NCBI GenBank assembly: GCA_973895155.1
Contig: OZ316893.1
Location: 6,209,239-6,273,238, forward strand
Reading direction: 5' to 3'
Source of the DNA: Marsupella aquatica
Taxonomy: Eukaryota; Plantae; Marchantiophyta
Length of the DNA: 64,000 bases
Made by a program: the position numbers and the translations under genes. The notes below the pieces were generated by a model that was not told where the DNA came from, did not search any database, and worked only from the letters and a program-made list of their open reading frames with translations. Below, piece by piece: positions 35,831 to 48,661 of the stretch (positions are counted from its first letter, which is position 1; every line of letters starts with the position of its first letter).

Positions 35831-37410
35831 CTATATCTCAGAGTTGATGCCACCGGGAAGTTGCTCTTCAAAGGATGGGGGTGCAAAAATTGGGCTCAAT
35901 CTCAAGTTCATTTTTTTGTAATCTGATTTTGCCATTATCTTTGGAGCTTCGTCTAGTGATTCTATCATTCCAACCTTTGGTCCATTTCTCCATATGAAAT
36001 GAGTTGCACGACGGACTGTTTTCATATATCCAGTCCTGCCTATCTCAGATCCAGAATTTTGTGAAAATGATAATACTATAGGGCTTCCTGTAGAAGCACT
36101 TGTAAAAACCAATTTACTCCCTGATGAGCAATATAGAGGAGACAGGGGAGGAGTTGAAGCACCTGCCTTCTCTTCTTCATTTGCTGCGGTCTCAAGCACT
36201 TGGCGATCATCCTCCTTTGCAAGCGCAATGTCTGGAATTTCTTCCAATTCTACTCCGCCAATATTGCCTAGATCACCTACGGTTGCCTTCCATTGTGCGT
36301 CCAATGTGGACGATGTAAGATCTGGGTCCGATTGGTGCATCCAATTCTCTACACCGGCAAAGGGATTTTTTGGTGGGTCGCCCTCAGGTCGACGCACAAC
36401 ATCTGTCAACCCCACACCAAAGTAGGGAGTACCTACCACTTGTGTTCCACGTTCATCCAAATTTCTGGTGACCCTATCGTCTGTGTCGTGACCCGATTCT
36501 CCTTCCTCAATCTCATCTTCACCCTGGTCTACGCCTTCTTTGGCGCCAACACGCTCAGAAACCACATCGCTGGATCTGCCAAATTTGGAACCGCCCATCC
36601 CGTGACTCATTATGGAAGGACCCTTCTCGCATAGAACCCTTCCATATGCTTGAGTGAAATCATATTCATCCTCAGTGTTTGAATACGCAAAGCATTCTTT
36701 GAAACACAACAAGGACACCTTCATAACCTGTCCTCCCAAGAAAAAGTCAAGGATAGTTTCCCCTTCAGCCAAAAAAAATTCAATAATACTCTGCAGCATA
36801 CATTTTGGCTTAGCGTGAATATTCACAAAGCCACCTCTACTTCCCACCATCTCAAACATGGGAGCCTTTCGCAAGAAATCTCCAATGTGAAATGTCACAA
36901 TTGACTCGGCCTCTGTCTCCTTACTTGTCTTACTCTTATTCTTATCTTGCTTCTCCATCTTGTCTCCCACTTGGAAATCAGGGTCTATTGCCGAATTGTA
37001 AGAAAATTGGCAATTAAATCCAGGCCTAAACACTTGCTTCCAATCAAATTTCTCCTCAGTGGTGATTCCTGCAAAGATTATCTCCTCCATACCACAATTG
37101 AAAAGTAAGCCCTCTAGAACTGGTGTATCACTCCGTCGATAGCTCCCGTAATCAACGTGGATGTCCATTCCCTTTTCATGGTGCAATTTCCTAAGGGCAC
37201 TCAAAATGTTTGTAGCAAGTGGCCCCGGATGCACAGTCATGACAACAACAATTGTTGGATTTCTTGGAAGATCCACAATGTATTGCAGTTATGGAATAAT
37301 TTCAGAATCAGTCCAAAACACGATTTCGGACCGACCGAGAAGTGTGTCGGAGTTCTCGTTTAGCCCGATCCCATTTTTTTCTAAGGCAATGCAATGATCG
37401 ATAAAACTGG
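35831..37410 (-). pseudogene. Degenerate DNA methyltransferase-like protein with acidic C-terminal extension
   Basis: NIHAKPKCMLQSIIEFFLAEGETILDFFLGG resembles motifs X and I; same frame upstream (past a TAA) gives FIDHC where DIPY is expected. Confidence 0.55.
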
Positions 37411-38727
37411 CAAAAACTCTCCGAAACGCCACTTTCCTCCATTGCATCGCCGCGGGAATGCAGGGAGCGATACGTGCATCGGGTTTTACATTCCGTCAGT
37501 GAAAAAGTCCGAACTGCGAGTAACTTGGTCCAAACCGCGTAATCCAGGAATGACCACGCACTAACCCAGGTAAAAGGGGAAATTAACCATGGTTTAGAGC
37601 GTCTCCTATATAAAGAGGAGCGGGCTGCCCATAAAACGTTTGCTTTCGCCAGAGCAAATATCTCCTGACTGAGAGCGAATACCAAACTCCCATCAAGTCT
37701 TACATTCATCCCAAGCGATTCGACTCTTTCTACCGAAAACCCGATAAATTTATCAGAACAACCATTCCTGTTCAAGTTCTCCATGTAAGACTAACTAGTC
37801 ATTTAGTGTAAAATGTCCAGATCCGAGCGGACTGCGATAAATTTATCGCATTTTGCATTCCTCTGTTGCAATCATTTGATCCAGTGTGTTTAGAGAGGTG
37901 TTGCCTTCATTCCGATAAATTTATCGGAGTCTCCATTCCTTTCATGGAAAGAGGAGTAATTGAGAATCCGATAAATTTATCGGAGTTGTCATTTTTGTGA
38001 AAGATTGAATTCAGGGCTTAGGTGTTTGAGGAAGTCATATTTTCAATTCGAATGCGGAGTGCGATAAACTTATCGCATCCTCCTGTGAGAATCATTTTCC
38101 TTTGTTTTGTTTGGAGACTCATCTTCATCTCTGATGTCGCAGTGTTGCCGGGTTTAGGAGGCACAACGGAAGGTCGATTGCACTCCGTGGACAATAGGTA
38201 TTGTGACAAATGGCTGTCTTCCTTGAAAATCGTGTCAAACGTGCACGCCGGTTGTACAAGAGACTCGTGCGACTCAAAGTTCTCCCCATCGGTATAGGAG
38301 CATTGTGGATGGGTGGTACTGATCCTGGAGATAGGCAGAATCCTCTCCGCATTGAATTCTGCGGAATGAATGATGCAGGAGTTCCAATTCGTTCGAGGTT
38401 GATGTTAACGGCGTGTTTACATTCTTTGGAGTTTTCTTGTAACTATTGTTGTCGTCGTCTTGATAACAAGTACCACAAACAGGCTCACTTCTGTTGTAAG
38501 ATTTGGAACGAAGACCCTTGGGTGAACCTTTCACGATGAGTATTTCAACCTTTTCATTGAGGCGCATCTTGGAAGGACATATTTAAATAAACAAGTCCTA
38601 CCCTTGCGCAGCGAATATAATACGTCACGAGTCCTAATCGTTAAACTGTCGTGCAGGGTTGGTACTGTGTTTGGTTACACCTGGTGATTGAAGGTATTTT
38701 TATTGGTGGTTTTGGTAGCTCTGCTTC

Positions 38728-39276
38728 ATGGCTGCATCGGAGAATCTAATCGTTGCAAAGATGGGATCCGTTTTAGCCCACGAGCGTAGGAAATATATTC
38801 GAGGAAAAGTGCCCGGTGTGGAATGCGGAAGTTTGTTGAATGGACTTCCCGATGAACTCGTTGAATCTCACATTTGGCCCCTCCTAGCCTTGTCTTGCAC
38901 ACAAGATGAACACCTTGGCCTTGACCTAAAACTTCTACCAGAAGAACGACTGACTCGAATGAGAACAATCATTTGTCTTGGAGCCACCTCGAAGAAATGG
39001 AACCATCTTGTTGTTGGTACACAATTTTGGGCGCTATTGAAATATGCAGTCCGTGAGATCAATGACATAAACAAAATGCTCGCAAGCATTCCTAATGCCG
39101 TCCTTCTCTCAAACCTACATATTGCTAGGGTCTTCCGAGAGGAAACTCATTTCCTCCCTCCCATAGATATGCTTGGGTGCTTCTCGTATGACCGATTAGA
39201 TGCGTTTCTTAGAGTTTGGGTGAATCTTGGAGAAAGCGGGAAGCGGACAATTCTTGCATGGTTTGGACGAGTCTGA
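38728..39276 (+). CDS. F-box-like protein
   Basis: LLNGLPDELVESHIWPLL...CLGATSKKWNHLV; ATG-started 182-aa ORF. Confidence 0.55.
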   Translation: MAASENLIVAKMGSVLAHERRKYIRGKVPGVECGSLLNGLPDELVESHIWPLLALSCTQDEHLGLDLKLLPEERLTRMRTIICLGATSKKWNHLVVGTQFWALLKYAVREINDINKMLASIPNAVLLSNLHIARVFREETHFLPPIDMLGCFSYDRLDAFLRVWVNLGESGKRTILAWFGRV

Positions 39277-39568
39277 GTGGATGAGGCATTGCAGTGAACA
39301 TCCGATAAATTTATCGCACTCCTCATTCCTCTAGTCGATTTTGGGTGCTTGTAAAGAAACACTTTGAATATAATTGACTCTGCCTCCCCTGACTTCGGGT
39401 TGTGTGGTCCAGAGTGTATTTTTTTGCGCCTCTTCGGACGATTAGCTGACAAGTGCATTGGCTTCACAGCCCGTTATACAAGGTACTGTAAAGTTGGATG
39501 AAACTTGTAGAATTGTAATTAGTATGTTCTCCAAAATTTATTCCTGATTTCTATTCGGTGATCAGGCC

Positions 39569-40282
39569 ATGCTCGAGCGACGCATTTTTGTACCCTTCCC
39601 GGATCCTCCAGAATGGGGGAATGGAGCCATGCTGGACCAGCTAAGGAGGCTGGATGAGTCACTAATTTTAAAGATATGCAGGTTGGTAGTAAAACCGTTT
39701 TACCATAACGCATTTCACTTCTACGTAGATCAGGTAGGGGGAGAAATTTATATTCGGTGGGATAGATATGTTGGATTTTCTAGAAGAGTTATCCTACTCT
39801 TTCTGAAAACCGGTGCAGTAAGACGTTTTATACTCCACTGCTGTCATGTTGTGAAGGGCAATCCTGCTTATGAGCCAGAATTCTATGCCGACAACAGACG
39901 TAGAGCATTCGATGAGATTCAGGATGTGATTGACGAGCTGGACAATCCTCTTGCCACCGAGTTTTTTATTGACACTGGTGGGAAACTATATTCATACAAG
40001 ATTCGTCAACTCCCCCCCCAGCCGGTCTGTGGGCTCTTTAACTTGATCTATGTAAGTTGCCTGTGGACGAACGTCCTTGCCAATGGTGAGATCTGTCCAT
40101 GCTGCACAAATGCTTGTTGTGACATTCCGTCACGCCGGTATTCAGTAGCAGTAGTGAATCCTGAGACTGGTGAAGTTGATTTCCATTGGCTGTGGGCTTA
40201 TGATCATCGCGTCACTCATATTCCCCAATGGCCCAAGAAGCGGATCGAACGCTTCGCTCTGGCGAGGTTCAACTATGATTAG
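39569..40282 (+). CDS. Hypothetical 237-aa protein with Cys cluster
   Basis: ATG-started ORF with globular-type composition; CPCCTNACC. Confidence 0.5.
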   Translation: MLERRIFVPFPDPPEWGNGAMLDQLRRLDESLILKICRLVVKPFYHNAFHFYVDQVGGEIYIRWDRYVGFSRRVILLFLKTGAVRRFILHCCHVVKGNPAYEPEFYADNRRRAFDEIQDVIDELDNPLATEFFIDTGGKLYSYKIRQLPPQPVCGLFNLIYVSCLWTNVLANGEICPCCTNACCDIPSRRYSVAVVNPETGEVDFHWLWAYDHRVTHIPQWPKKRIERFALARFNYD

Positions 40283-40502
40283 GGTTTAGGTTTAGGGGTT
40301 AAGGTTTTGGATTTAGGGTTCCGTAGCTGATTCTTCGACCTGTACACTCGGCCGTCAATTTAAAGAAGGCTCACTTTTGCGATAATTTTATCGGTCTCTT
40401 TGTCCTTGTGTGATGAGATGTCGTGTCCACATGTGCTGTGAGATTGGCGGTGATAATTTTATCGCTCTTTGCATTGGAATTTGTTTATTTGCAGACTTTT
40501 CC

Positions 40503-43500
40503 ATGGCTGCTAGTGGAAAGAGTGGATCTGCTGAGGCAGAGAGTCTCATGACAAGCCTCACCAATGCAATTTGGACAAGTGAAGACATTTGTGAAGAGAT
40601 CAAGTGTATCAAGAAGTCATGGTACTTCCGTGATGCCAGATTACAGTCCACGGGTTTCGAAGACTGTGTTACCCCAATCCTTTGGGTCCAGTTGCAAAAA
40701 TCGGCGAAGGTTAATGTTTCGTATGGCCCTGTCATTGCTTTTGCCGTCGTCGAGTTCATGGTTGGCCACGGGGACGGAAAAGTGTTGACAGAGGGCCTTA
40801 GTTTCTTGACAATGTGTGGGCGCAAGGGTTTCACATCTCTCATTGTTACTCTCGATAACTTTGATGAGAAATCGATGGACAGTTATCCACAAGATCCCCT
40901 TGTTGCCGATGTTCGGGCAGCAAGAGAGATGAATGTTATGGGTTCGGCTTGGATCGGCCAGTATGTGCAAGATTGTGATGCCATCATGCTTCCAAGGGTG
41001 AACGCAGAGTACAAGAGACTTGTGGGTGAAGAGTTCAAACCTGTCCGCAAAATTGTTTTCAAGAAACCAGGTTCAAGTGGAAGCGGTGGTTCTAATGCCG
41101 ATAAAATATCGGGGTGGAAAGAACCATTGCAATCCTCTACACATATTGACGTGGACGAACCTACAACTTCTGGTCGGGTTTCGGGAAGTGGAAAAGGGAA
41201 AGGGAGAGGTAGCGGCAGGGGAGATGCCGCGGGAACCTCTGACGGTGGGAAGAAGAGCCAGGAAACTAGCGGTAGTGGGAGAGGCCGGGGCAACCATCGA
41301 GGACCATCCGTTAAACCAAGCGAAAGTAAAGGATCCGAGGGATCCGGGCCATCTGGTTCTGGACTTAGCACAAAGAGGAAGAGGACTGGCTGGACTGAGA
41401 CGGTGGCTGCAGAAGTAGATAGAGCTCCATCAATTCCATCAGTTCCAATCGCGGTTCCTACGGCGCCATTGGTAAGTACTACGTCGTTGTATTGTTTAAC
41501 AAACACGAAATCCGATAAAAATCTCGCTGTTTATTTCCTGAATTGCGGATTGTGGAGTTATGTTGAACAAATGCGAACTCCGATAAAAATCTCGCAGTTT
41601 CTTTCCTTAATTGAATTTGCAATGCTTTTGTAGGCTGATCAGGAGGAGGAGACGGCTCTTTCGATGTATGAGACGGACGCGATCAAGGCAGAGCTCAGTC
41701 TTCTGATGCAACGAAGGGTGCAAAGGACAACTGTGCTTCTGCATGTCGACAATCTCATATTTGATGAGGAGGGGGATTTGACAACTTTGATTAGACCAGT
41801 GGATAGATTGCATGTGGAAAATATCAAGATACTTCTCATGAAAAACCCCACCAACTTCAGTGCCCCGTTCGTGCTGTGTGTGGATCCGAAGGATTGTCCC
41901 ACAACCGCAGATTGGGACATCCTGAAGTCAAGGGTATGGAAGTATAGAATTATTGGAGGGAATCATGGTGCTCAGGCAAAGTCCGAGTTGTTTAAAATGT
42001 ACGGGAAGCAAATATATGGTGAGCTGGAAGCTTGGGTTTACGCTGGGCTTACGAGATCCGAGGTCCGAAAGTTAGGCTTCCAGCATAACTATGACCAGGA
42101 GTATCGGAAGAACATGACTAAATTTGACCAAGTTCGCGCTTGTCACAATATTTTCCTTGAAATGGGTGTGGGCTCAACTAAAGATGTCCGCGAAGCATGT
42201 TGTCAAGAATGCATGATGGAGTACACGCCAGGAGTTCGTGACTCCATGGCCAAACATGATCCGGCTTTCCAAATTGCTTTCTGAACAGGTGAAATTTGGG
42301 ATCTTCAGGAGCAGATTTTCCAGATGTGGGAGAAAGGTATTGTCTTAGGACAACCCAAAAAAATTGTGGCAACGACGAACGCAAAGGGAAAGGTGAAACC
42401 TTTGACGGTAAGGGAGATTAAAATGAATAAACTTGCTGGTGACCTCAACTTAAATTCATTTCGAGGTCTCCAAGGACTGTCAAATAAGGAGCATGTCAAG
42501 CGTCTCTTGAATAGGGTTATCGGGAAGGTGATCACTTTGGATCAAATGCACAAGGAAGGTGAGAAGTTGAAAAAGCTTGCCAAGGTGAAGAAACTATTTT
42601 TGCAGATATCTGGTCAGCCAGATTGGGCAACATGCAGAGAAATGTTTCCCAACGAAACAGATGTCTCGGTCCTTGGCATATGGGCGGAGAAATTGAGTGA
42701 CGCGGTAAGCATTCCTCTCACAGCATGCTCTATCGCGAGATTTTTATCGGCTTTAGCATTCCTTTGTTGGTTTCTAAGCGATTGCATCTATCAGCTAGCG
42801 TGCTCCATCGCGAGATTTTTATCGGCTTTAGCATTCCTTTGTTGGTTTCTAAGCGATTCCATTTATTGGCTAGCGTGCTCCATCGCGAGATTTTTATCGG
42901 CCTTAGCATTCATCTCACGCTATTCTAACTGTAGATGTGTCTGACATTCTTATAGCTGAAGATTAATTCAAAAAGGAAAAGCAAAGTGGTTCCGGCTGTC
43001 ACTTATAATTCTGCGGGGGAGGTTATTGTTCCCTCAGCTGAAATCCCTTATGTGTTTAAGAATTTTGTGCTTGCTGCAATCGATAAGTACAATCGGCTGA
43101 GGTCCTTAGGCAAGGGCACAGCATAAGCGTTTGAACAAACATGGAAAAATACAAACGGGGATTCTTTTCCCTACTATCTCCATGTTGGTGATGTTCGAAT
43201 TTTGGATTCTTTTGTTCAGCCAAGGGCTTACACCCTTGCGGTTGCGGATATTCCGTATGGTTTTAATGTTCCTGGTTCGGAGTTTGATGAAGTGGCCTTC
43301 ACAGAAAAGGACATTTTAGACATGTTGACAAGTTTCTCAAAGATGACGACCGCTAAGCAGTGGAGGTTTGTTGTGATCCATTCACTACAACAAACGCATA
43401 TGGTGATGTCTGCACTGGAGAGTGTATGCAACTGTGGGGTCAAGGCTGGAATCTGGGAGAAGACTAACATTCATGAGCGTCCCGCTGGAGCTCGATTGGC

Positions 43501-44068
43501 GTGGGGTTTTGAGAACTGGTCGATAGGTTTCTATAGCGAGGAAGGCATTCGGAACATGAACATGTACAATTTCCAACCGGATGAGTCTCGCGTCAATATC
43601 ATCAAGGTTCCATGTGTAACCAAGAAGTCCGTTGATCCGTTGGGATTTGTTGTGAACCCATATCAGAAGCCGGTTGGTTTAGGGGCTTGGTTTGTTTCCC
43701 ATTTCTCTAAGAAAGAGGATTGGGTTATTGATCTTTGTTGTGGAACCGGATCGACATTAGCTGCTACGCTCCTCAATTCTCACCAGGGTTGTGCTGTTGA
43801 TAAGAGTTCTACGCAGATTGGTTTTGTAAAATCCCGGATCATGATTCTGGAGTCAAACTGGAATTTATATGAAGAATCCCAGATTGAAGGGCACGGCGTT
43901 GAAGGTCATGAGATTCAACCACCAATTGCAGGCCAATTGGGTGTACTCGGGACATCGACTTACGTAGTTGAGGTCGTGAAGGAGACCGAAGAGGAACAAG
44001 AAGAAACTGAGGAAGAGCCTCCCAGAACACCAAATGAGGATGATCTCAACGACATGTTATTAGATTAG
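40503..44068 (+). pseudogene. ParB-like domain + beta-class N4C/N6A DNA methyltransferase, paralog B; exons 40503-41471, 41634-42704, 42956-44068; nonsense codons at 42282 and 43124
   Basis: LIRPVD..APFVLCVDP..YRIIGGNHG..LGFQHNYD; LAVADIPYG, PYQKP, DWVIDLCCGTGST, AVDKS; both GTAAG..TAG introns are phase 0 and restore the frame. Confidence 0.82.
42720..42912. repeat. 75-bp tandem repeat in intron 2 of paralog B
   Basis: CGAGATTTTTATCGG at 42736, 42811 and 42886. Confidence 0.9.
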
Positions 44069-44325
44069 TTGCGTGTGCTCGTTAGGATAATGTCAATCAC
44101 CAATGAAGTTGTCGATAAATTTATCAACTTCTGTATTCCATGAGGAAGAACCTTTGTCACATTTATTAATGCGATAAATTTATCGGACTTTGCATATATC
44201 GGACTGTCGCGGTGTTCCTGCTGGGGGAATGGAGTTGTCGATAATCTTATCGGACAGCATTGTATTCTCTAATTGGTTTGTCATTGTAATTATTTAAAAA
44301 AAAAGATATCATTATAGCTTCGGAG

Positions 44326-44990
44326 CCCTGGGCCCCCAGCCTTTGTAAACTAAAGAGGTATACGTGCGTACACCCCCCTCCCTAGTACCCCTTATTATTT
44401 TTGGAAGCCTATAAAAATTTCTCTTGTTATTCTTAAAAACTTAATTTTGGAGAATAAATCTGCCCCTTTGAGATATTATAATTTCACATTTTACACCATT
44501 TATGAAAGCCTTGAAAAGTTATAAATTTATCATGTGCAAACGGTTCTAAAACTGATGGGAGTGTTTTAGAAGGGTTTTGGGTACATACATTTTTGTGTTC
44601 GTGACCCTTTAACCCCAAACTTCAACTTTGGGGCATTTTTGAACCACATGGCAGGGTAGTCAGGGTTCAAAAGCTCCAAAGTCCTAAACTACTCTGAATC
44701 ATAGATGTTGCAAGCATAATTATATGTCATATACACATGTTCCAATAAAGGGTGACCACAAGGACCAATCCTATTGTGACGCGTGTCACATCCATATTAC
44801 ATCACCTCTTGAAGCATATTAACTTGGGTGACATTTATATAAGCCTATATTAGTTAGAAAAGGTTCTTTGAATAAAACCATCCCTTGATATTTCTAAGCC
44901 AATTATAAAAATTAATCTCAAATCAGATTTTTTGCACCCTTCATCCGTTCGCACGTCCAGCCCATTATTAATAATGTTGGGGGCCCAGGG
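44326..44990. mobile_element. 665-bp MITE with 8-bp TSD (hAT-like by TSD length only)
   Basis: TIR CCCTGGGCCCCCAGC / GTTGGGGGCCCAGGG; TSD CTTCGGAG; inverted second copy at 54025-54689. Confidence 0.9.
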
Positions 44991-45069
44991 CTTCGGAGTA
45001 CATAGTCCCAGAACGATAACCACTGTACATATTCATGGGAACGATAACCATTATAACTTAAACCTGAAA

Positions 45070-48000
45070 CTAGCTTCGACTATCAACGACTACAGTCTCC
45101 ATTGCATTTTGAATGATTCGTCTTGTTTGTATAGGGAGAGTACTATTTGCCAATAACGCAAAGTTATACGCATAAATGGCAGTTTCTGATAGGGACAATT
45201 CATCCTCCAGTACTTTGCTAGACGAAGCCTCTTTCTCCGGATAATATCTGCCTTCAATTGCAGACTCTTCCTCCGAATCCATTGCATACCAAGTGATTTT
45301 AATCCGCTCCGGGATGTCGTTAATTCTTGTGAGAATCTCAGTCACTTTTGCCATCCAGAATGGTCTTCCCTTGGGATCCTGATGGGCTGCTACACATATC
45401 ATTGCAAATTTAGTATTCACCTCTAGATCCTTGAAGTCTCCAATTTCCATGACTTTTCTTCGACTTCCGGAATACATGACTGTCCTCACACCCGCTACTT
45501 TATCAACCAAGCTAGGTTCCATTGCTGCTTCCGTAGGATTACTCAAAAGTTCTCTCTGTACGTTTACCTTGGGCCAACTCCAATCAAAACTCCATTGTGC
45601 AGGTTTCAGGTGGTGCTGAATCACTTCTTTTTGTTTGTCAAAAAAACGACCCCACCATAGACGATCTGTGTCGTCAAAGTAATTGAATCCATCTTCAATT
45701 GCTCTTCGATATTTTTGAAGAGTTGACAAATAACTTTGAGCCGCCCGCTCATCTTGTTCCTCAGCATCATTCTCTTGCTCTTCATTGTCTCCTGTCGCTC
45801 CCGTGGCCGGCTTCAATGCCATTTGTGGTGCGACCCACATTCCAGATGATGGAATGTACCGAACAAAATCCACCGTCTCCCCCCAATCGATTGTCGTTGA
45901 AAGATGTTTGGCATGGAATACGGACCGAGCACTTCCATCTTCGAGTACTCTAGTAATCCGAAATTGTGTTTGAGCACTTATGCCGTGGAGAGTACGTAGA
46001 ACCTGACCATCCATATCCTTGTCATTTGCTTGATCCTTGTTTGACACAAATTTCTTGAAATCGGCAACCTCGTTGACGAAAAATATCTTTGCCGTAGGAT
46101 TGTAGGATTCCTCTATGATTGCTGAAAGAGTGTCCAACCGAAAAGCTTTCCGCTTGTTCAATTTTGAAGAAAACTTGCTAAACATTTGATCAATTTGATC
46201 ATGGGTGTGCCCCACCAATAGGAAACCAACCTTTATTTTCTGGAAAACACCTATCTCCACCAACATATTCAAATATGCCATAAGATATTTATTCTTGTTT
46301 TCTCGAGCTGTGTTATCAAGCTGGAGGTAAAGCACTGGAGGGAGCAGACCTTCCCAGGTATTCAGAATATGCTGGATAACGTGGATGGTCAGGTTGCTAT
46401 CATTGTGAATATTTGGATAGTTCAAAAAAACATTTGAACTTAATTGTTTGTTGAAGATCAAACAACCCACTACGTGTACGGGGATGAAATACTTTTCATC
46501 CATATTCTTCGGACACCGAATGAAATGAGGTAACTCTGTCTTCTTTTGATCCATTCCATCAATACAGATGCCCAAATATTTCTCCGGACTCTTGTAACAT
46601 TTGCTCCGGTGCTTTGCTAACTTCTCCCTCTCGACTGCTTGTGCCTTCCGATGCTCGTTTAGCAATGTTGAGAATTTTCCTACAACAATAAAAAATTTTA
46701 GGACAAAACATGATAACCGCAATGTTGAACCCTGACAGCGATAAATTTATCGGGTTCAGTATTCAAACACGAGACCGTAATGATAAACCCTGACAACGAT
46801 AAATTTATCGGGTTCAGTATTCAAACACAAGACCGTAATGAAAAACTGTGACAGCGATAAATTTATCAGGTTCAGTATTCAAACTGTTCAAACGATATAT
46901 TCACTCACATGGCCAAAGAAGAAGCACATGAATACTCAACCCGATAAAATTATCGGGAGTAACACACAGGTTTAGAAATTTACTCTTTTCTGCTTCGAGT
47001 GTTGCCTTGTCACGGAGTGCTTTGAATTCAGTACACGGGGCGCAGGTGGAGAAACGGCTCCTTTTGGGGATGCGCACACGAGGAAACTCCTTGTTCCAAA
47101 TGCGAACAAACCACGAATATGTCATGCCTTGTTCTTGGCGCATTAGAGTTTCGGACTGGAAGGCATCAAAAACTTCTGTTTTTGTCCAATTGTCAGGTAA
47201 ATGAAAGATATCCTTGTTGGGGAGACTCTCGACATTTGTGGAAAAAAAATCATCCAGCCATTGGACGAGACCAAGATGTGCGGGTGATTTTTCTCGACAA
47301 ACTGTACCGATCTGTATCCGAGAAAACATGTTCTGCGAGATTTTTTGGAGACGATTATTTCCCAGTGAAAATAATTTCTTAAAACCACTTCGACAAAAGG
47401 ATCTACCGCTAACTGAGTAACCACTTGCACCAGCATGCCCACCCTTCACACATCCTCTTAGAAGGACGTTCTTCTCTGGGTAGGATAGCCCATAGTAATA
47501 AGTGCGTTGTTTCGTCACGGCTAGCAGACCCAAATTCCGCAGACAGTAATTATCACAACACGAATACTTATGAATTTCTCTCATTTTGTTTCTATTCAAT
47601 TTGTCATTTATCACATTATCTTTCCTAGTAATTCGGTCCCTATCTTTTTTACTAGGCTCATTTGACTTCTCTACAACCTGAAATCCGTTCATAACATTGG
47701 CATTTTCGGGTCCTTCAGGTGCCTCGCGAATAGATGCATCACTCTCTGTTGAGCTACCATCCTCTATAGATCTCCTTGACGCATTTAGAGGGGCACTGAA
47801 TAGACGACTATAGCTATTCTCTTCGACAGCTCCTTCTAAACATTCAGACACAACTTGTGCTATTATATCGGATTCTCTATCTCCTTCCTCATCTTCGTCC
47901 TCCGATGCACTCGACTCATCTGAAAACACAATTGGACTCCGTGGCTCTCTATACATAACCCGAACGCCACTAAGACCTCTCCTCGATACTTGGAGCCTGG

Positions 48001-48661
48001 AACCAATGACAGTCCGCCCTTGAGAACTTGGAGATTCTGGATTCGCACGTGCAGTCCCAATGACTCCGCGAGCTGCTGGAAAATTGAGCACTTGTTCACC
48101 ACGATTCCCACGGACCATTCGAGAAAGGGCTGAGTCTGGACTTCGCAGTCCGATTCCCTCGCTTGCTCGCACATCCAGTCCAGGCAATGCAAAGACCGAT
48201 CGCCGTATCGGTCTTTGTATTTCTGTGTCCCGATCCTCACCCGGAGACTGAAAGATCCGTCGTTGAACTTGTGTTGAATGTGACGACTTGAATGCCGATT
48301 GCGATAAGCGTATCGGTCGCCGGATACCCTCTCCATAACCCGGGATGGATGGCCTGAAGCGACGTCTCGGACCTAAACCTCGGATTGAAAGTTTCTCATT
48401 TCTTGGCGATGGAACGCTCAAGAGACGACGCTTCTCAGGTTTACTAGGCGACACATAGTAAGCACTGGGCTCAGGACCAGAACTTGCATCAGAATCTGAG
48501 TCAGAGATTTCGGGCACTATTTGCTGTGAGAGAGGTAGAGCTTTAAGTATGCGACTTGGCAAACAGCGAGCGACAAGATTAGGAGAGGAGTCAACTGAAC
48601 TGGAAGGTGAATCTGTGTCTGATTGAGACATGGCTATCCGAGACACTATGGGGCTTTGCAT
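45070..48661 (-). CDS. DUF7869-type (Sola-like) RNase H-fold transposase, ~1090 aa; exons 48661-46984 and 46679-45070
   Basis: CCDNYC, FSTCAPC; IDGMDQ, LQLDNTARENKN, FLLVGHTHDQIDQMFS; phase-1 GT..AG intron joins the two long ORFs with no stop; start could be 48631. Confidence 0.8.
46728..46885. repeat. 58-bp tandem repeat in the transposase intron
   Basis: Palindrome recurs at 46739, 46797 and 46855. Confidence 0.9.

Larger units (their letters stand above)
37742..46955. repeat. Dispersed 14-18-bp palindrome CGATAAATTTATCG, ~20 copies
   Basis: Exact at 37835, 37913, 37969, 39303, 44172, 46739, 46797; variants at 37742, 38062, 40380, 40451, 41513, 41581, 42736, 42811, 42886, 44113, 44239, 46855, 46942. 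Confidence 0.92.

Noticed and set aside
10868-44068. Bacterial or phage contamination as the source of ParB-MTase
   Set aside because: Frame-restoring GT-AG introns and plant retroelements inserted in and around the genes
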